Assembly (NCBI RefSeq): GCF_900079115.1
Contig: NZ_LT549890.1
Span: forward strand, 150,001-182,000
Origin: Saccharolobus solfataricus
GTDB taxonomy: Archaea > Thermoproteota > Thermoprotei_A > Sulfolobales > Sulfolobaceae
DNA length: 32,000 bases
Reading direction: 5' to 3'
Every line of letters begins with the position of its first letter. The stretch's first letter is position 1. Shown here one piece after another: positions 29,020 through 32,000 of the stretch. The notes under the pieces are model-generated. The model was not told the origin of the DNA. It did no database searches and worked only from the letters and a program-made list of their open reading frames with translations. Position numbers and translations under genes: made by a program.

Positions 29020-30383
29020 ACTAGTTCACTCACTAACTTTTCCAATTCTTTAGCTAATTCTTTAGATTTATTCTCATCTTTTGCCTCAACTAGTATTCTT
29101 ATTATCGGCTCCGTACCACTTTTCCTAACCAAGAGCCAGAAATCACTACCTATAATCTTAACACCATCTATTGTAACAGTATTCCCGTAATTTCCGTACT
29201 TATTCATTACTTCATCATAAATCTTCTTTATATCACTCTTTTCCGTAACTCTAACTTTCGTTTTTACCAAATAATAAACGGGGAGTCTATTAAATAGCTC
29301 AGCAGAACTTTCGTTCTCAGATGCCATCATATCCAGCATTAAGGCGAACGACATTGCGCCATCTCTTACCGTCTGATGAGGGGGATACATGAACCCACCA
29401 TTTTCCTCAAATCCAGCTACTCCTTTTTCTTTAAATAACATATGCGCAATATCTATGCTACCTACCTTAGTCCACTTAACCTCTATATTATACTTTTTCA
29501 GATACTCCTCAACCAAGCTAGAGCTAGAAACTGCAGTAAATATGCGTCTAGGTAAATTTGGAGCTTTAACCGAGGCCCAATATGATAATAGAGTACCGCT
29601 CCTATCACCCCATTGGACCCTACCCATGGAATCTATAAAAATTGCCCTATCTGCATCACCATCATGAGCCACTGCTAAATCAACTCCTAATTGTTTAGCA
29701 ACTTTTGCGGATTCGGTAAGGCTCTCGAAAGTAGGTTCAGGAGTTCTAGCTGAAAATAAAGGATCTAAATTCCCATTAATAGTAAAAACTTTACATCCCA
29801 ACTCCCTTGCAACAATGGGCGTTACTAATGTACCTACACTATTAGCAGGATCTATGAGAACTTTATACTTTTTACTCTTAATTTTTTCAGTATCAACATG
29901 AGAGAGAATACCTCTTAAATAAGTCTCAATAACCTTGTCTTCTCTTTTCACATCGTTTACTAAACCATTCCACTCTACCACATGAAACCTGCTATTAAAG
30001 TATATATCTTCTATCTTATCCTCATCTTCTCTAGATATCTCAATACCGTGTGGAGAAAGGACTTTGATACCATTATATTCAGCTGGATTATGACTGGCAG
30101 TTATTATAACACCACCGTCATATCCTAAAGCCTTCACACCATATTGGAAAGCTGGAGTAGGAGCCATCCCTGCTTCATAAACCAGTACACCACTACTTAA
30201 CAATCCACTCTCAACAGCTTTAAGTAGCATATCTCCTCCTGCTCTTACATCCCTACCTATTAGAATTCTAGCACCTTTACCAAAATATGTTCCTATAGCT
30301 TTTCCAATCTTTAACGCAAACTCTGGTTGTAATTCAGTATTGGTAACTCCTCTTATTCCATCAGTTCCAAACAACTTACCCAT
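29016..30383 (-). CDS. Alpha-D-phosphohexomutase (phosphomannomutase / phosphoglucomutase / phosphoglucosamine mutase family)
   Basis: [12 protein letters not shown], phosphoserine loop [13 protein letters not shown], metal loop AHDGDADR, and GEENGG and RKSGTEP loops. Its stop overlaps the Trm112-like start (ATGA). Confidence 0.9.
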   Translation of the reverse strand: MGKLFGTDGIRGVTNTELQPEFALKIGKAIGTYFGKGARILIGRDVRAGGDMLLKAVESGLLSSGVLVYEAGMAPTPAFQYGVKALGYDGGVIITASHNPAEYNGIKVLSPHGIEISREDEDKIEDIYFNSRFHVVEWNGLVNDVKREDKVIETYLRGILSHVDTEKIKSKKYKVLIDPANSVGTLVTPIVARELGCKVFTINGNLDPLFSARTPEPTFESLTESAKVAKQLGVDLAVAHDGDADRAIFIDSMGRVQWGDRSGTLLSYWASVKAPNLPRRIFTAVSSSSLVEEYLKKYNIEVKWTKVGSIDIAHMLFKEKGVAGFEENGGFMYPPHQTVRDGAMSFALMLDMMASENESSAELFNRLPVYYLVKTKVRVTEKSDIKKIYDEVMNKYGNYGNTVTIDGVKIIGSDFWLLVRKSGTEPIIRILVEAKDENKSKELAKELEKLVSELV

Positions 30384-30447
30384 ATACTACTATAAATGCC
30401 ATGAAATATAAAAATAAGCCTATATAGGTCACTATGATCAAAAGAAG

Positions 30448-30522
30448 GGCTCGGGCCGGGATTTGAACCCGGGACTTCCGGGTCCACAGCCCGGCGCTCT
30501 TCCAGGCTGAGCTACCCGAGCC
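30448..30522 (-). tRNA. tRNA-His: tRNA-His (anticodon GUG) with genome-encoded G-1, no intron, no encoded CCA
   Basis: Folded by hand as a cloverleaf on the minus strand. G-1; acceptor GCUCGGG/CCCGAGC; U8 A9; D arm GCUC-AGCCUGGAA-GAGC. Anticodon arm CCGGG-CUGUGGA-CCCGG (GUG); variable loop AAGUC; T arm CCGGG-UUCAAAU-CCCGG; discriminator C73. Confidence 0.93.
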
Positions 30523-30571
30523 AGCCGCTATTGTATATCATTATCTAATTCATTTTAAACTCTTCTTTTTA

Positions 30572-31813
30572 TCATCTTCTTAATTGCTCCTTTACTATAT
30601 CCAATATCTTTCTCGCTATTACCGTCTTAAAATTCTTTGGTATTTTCCTTACATCACCATTCTTATCTATAACTATAACCTCATTATATTCAGACGAAAA
30701 TCCTATATCCTTTCTTCTCACATTATTAGCTACGATTAAATCAAACCCGTGTCTCCTCATTTTGATTTTAGCTTTCTCAATCAGCTCTTCATCAGAATTT
30801 ACAGTCTCTGCGGAAAAACCTACTAGCAATACATTATACTTCCTAATGTATTCAGAAATTTTCGGTGTTCTTTCTAATTCAACTTTAGGTATTTCTGTAT
30901 GACTGTCTATTTTAGTGTCAGATTTATTTTTAAACTTGTAATCAGCAGGCGCTCCAGCTAAAATTACAACATTAAACTTACCATTTTCTATACTTTTTAC
31001 AACTTCATTTAGCATCTCCTCAGTTGTCTCTACATACACTATATCCTTAACATAAGGTTCTATCTTAGAACTTATAGGTCCACAAATAACTCTAACTTTA
31101 GCTCCTCTGAAATACGCCTCATTCGCAATAGATATACCCATAGTTCCGCTACTTGGATTTGAAATAAATCTAACAGAATCTAAATACTCACGTGTAGGCC
31201 CAGCAGTAGCTAATATATTAAACCCAGATAAGTCTTTCCCTCTTAAAACATATGAGGTTATTCTACTGGTTAAGTATTCTAACTTAGGATAGTGTGCTAA
31301 ATCTCCAACTATCTCTGGTTCTATTACCTCTACTCCTATCCTTTTTAACCTATCTGCTGCATCTGCAACTTGAGGTGAAATATACATTTGTAAATGCATT
31401 GAAGGAACTATAATTAAGGGCTTTTTCATCCCAACGAAATTCAGCGCAGTAGCCGTTATTGGTGTATCAGCTATTCCATAAGCTATCTTTACCATAGTAT
31501 TTGCAGTAGATGGAGCTACGATCATTACGTCATTGTCTTCTGCCAATGAAACATGCTCTAAGTCACCAGTAAGCTTAGTAACTACATTATTTCCAGTAGC
31601 CCACTTAAACATCTCTGGGGAAATTAGCTTGGCAGCGTCTTTACTTATAATGACACTCACTTCTGCACCGTTCCTCATTAAACTTCTGGCTAAATCTAAT
31701 GACTTATATATTGCGACGCTCCCAGTTACTGCTAATAGTATCTTCTTATCAGCTAGTTCATTACTTATGCTCCCAATTATCTTCTTTGAAGGATGCGTCA
31801 TGTATGTGTGCAT
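30572..31813 (-). CDS. coaBC: Bifunctional phosphopantothenoylcysteine decarboxylase / phosphopantothenate-cysteine ligase
   Basis: N-terminal flavoprotein domain (ILLAVTGSVAIYKS, APSTANTMVKIAYGIADT) and C-terminal CoaB domain (NPSSGTMG). An alternative ATG at 31801 fits the TATA spacing better. Confidence 0.9.
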   Translation of the reverse strand: MHTYMTHPSKKIIGSISNELADKKILLAVTGSVAIYKSLDLARSLMRNGAEVSVIISKDAAKLISPEMFKWATGNNVVTKLTGDLEHVSLAEDNDVMIVAPSTANTMVKIAYGIADTPITATALNFVGMKKPLIIVPSMHLQMYISPQVADAADRLKRIGVEVIEPEIVGDLAHYPKLEYLTSRITSYVLRGKDLSGFNILATAGPTREYLDSVRFISNPSSGTMGISIANEAYFRGAKVRVICGPISSKIEPYVKDIVYVETTEEMLNEVVKSIENGKFNVVILAGAPADYKFKNKSDTKIDSHTEIPKVELERTPKISEYIRKYNVLLVGFSAETVNSDEELIEKAKIKMRRHGFDLIVANNVRRKDIGFSSEYNEVIVIDKNGDVRKIPKNFKTVIARKILDIVKEQLRR

Positions 31814-31840
31814 ATATATTAACTACATTATATAAAGATA
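31811..31840. promoter_or_regulatory. Compact divergent promoter region (coaBC / ard1) with two TATA-like elements
   Basis: CATATATATTAAC (31811-31823) is centred about 26 nt upstream of the ard1 ATG at 31846. TTATATAAAG (31828-31837) on the other strand is centred about 31 nt upstream of the coaBC ATG at 31801. Confidence 0.35.
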
Positions 31841-31845
31841 TTGAT

Positions 31846-32000
31846 ATGGAGCTCGCTGAAAAAGATAAAGGAAGAGATTTCACACTAAGAAACGCAAGAA
31901 TGGATGATATAGACCAAATAATAAAAATAAATAGGCTAACATTACCTGAAAATTATCCATATTATTTTTTTGTTGAACACTTAAAGGAATATGGCCTAGC
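31846..32000 (+). CDS. ard1: N-terminal acetyltransferase (Ard1/NatA-like GNAT), 5' part; continues beyond the window
   Basis: Translation MELAEKDKGRDFTLRNARMDDIDQIIKINRLTLPENYPYYFFVEHLKEYGL matches the Sulfolobus Ard1-type GNAT N-terminus as I recall it. Not in the ORF track because it is truncated. Confidence 0.8.
   Translation, partial: MELAEKDKGRDFTLRNARMDDIDQIIKINRLTLPENYPYYFFVEHLKEYGL

Noticed and set aside
1984-31835. Twenty-two ORF-track entries of 60-130 aa lying antisense to, or out of frame within, the large genes (for example 1984-2253, 5249-5482, 6289-6579, 9268-9510, 19107-19421, 26270-26536, 29389-29667 and 31533-31835).
   Set aside because: Each is fully embedded in a longer ORF with clear family motifs on the other strand or frame. 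Their translations are low-complexity and rich in Ser, Leu, Ile and Phe, as expected for shadow frames of AT-rich coding DNA. None has its own promoter-sized gap.
1-32000. Scan for CRISPR arrays, IS elements, integrases, toxin-antitoxin or other defence cassettes, rRNA genes and tRNA introns.
   Set aside because: I saw no regularly spaced direct repeats of 24 nt or more. No transposase, integrase or Cas-like ORFs are present. All large ORFs are housekeeping families, and the single tRNA folds without an intron.

Overview
This is a gene-dense, AT-rich crenarchaeal chromosome segment of Sulfolobales type. From memory, the gene order and protein sequences match the Saccharolobus (Sulfolobus) solfataricus region from the Cdc48 ATPase and FEN-1 to the Ard1 acetyltransferase; a BLAST search is needed to confirm this. 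I support 35 protein-coding genes (two cut by the window edges), one tRNA-His(GUG) and one candidate C/D-box sRNA.

Gene content, in order:
- cdc48 (3' part), a small ORF and fen.
- A gap-free co-directional 10-gene array (1967-12058): sirC, hemA, hemB, hemL, hemC, hemD, an 85-aa ORF, an alkaline-phosphatase-superfamily phosphodiesterase and a sarcosine/opine-oxidase-like FAD oxidoreductase pair.
- ATP-dependent DNA ligase followed by a short beta-CASP metallo-beta-lactamase nuclease.
- dcd, an RHH/coiled-coil protein and protein disulfide oxidoreductase.
- AMMECR1, Mut7-C and a small membrane protein.
- An NFACT (RqcH-like) protein, Rio2 kinase and a DUF460-like protein.
- Archaeal SAM synthetase with an Sm-like protein, then an ArsR regulator, pyrG and hps.
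- Two uncharacterised ORFs, a Trm112-like protein coupled to a phosphohexomutase, tRNA-His, coaBC and ard1 (5' part).

I found no CRISPR array, IS element, MITE, integrase or recognisable defence or toxin cassette. This looks like conserved core genome, not an accessory island, and I cannot point to a clear-cut novel system.

The items most worth a second look:
1. FEN-1's conserved N-terminus has no canonical start codon and appears to initiate at ATA.
2. The 465-nt lig/dcd spacer is unusually long and contains a C/D-box sRNA-like element and a thrice-repeated octamer.
3. The translationally coupled Rio2-DUF460 pair sits downstream of NFACT. The DUF460-like protein appears to carry two tandem YqgF/RuvX-like RNase H-fold modules.
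4. The ligase is followed by a beta-CASP nuclease.

All functional calls rest on motif recognition by eye. No searches were run.
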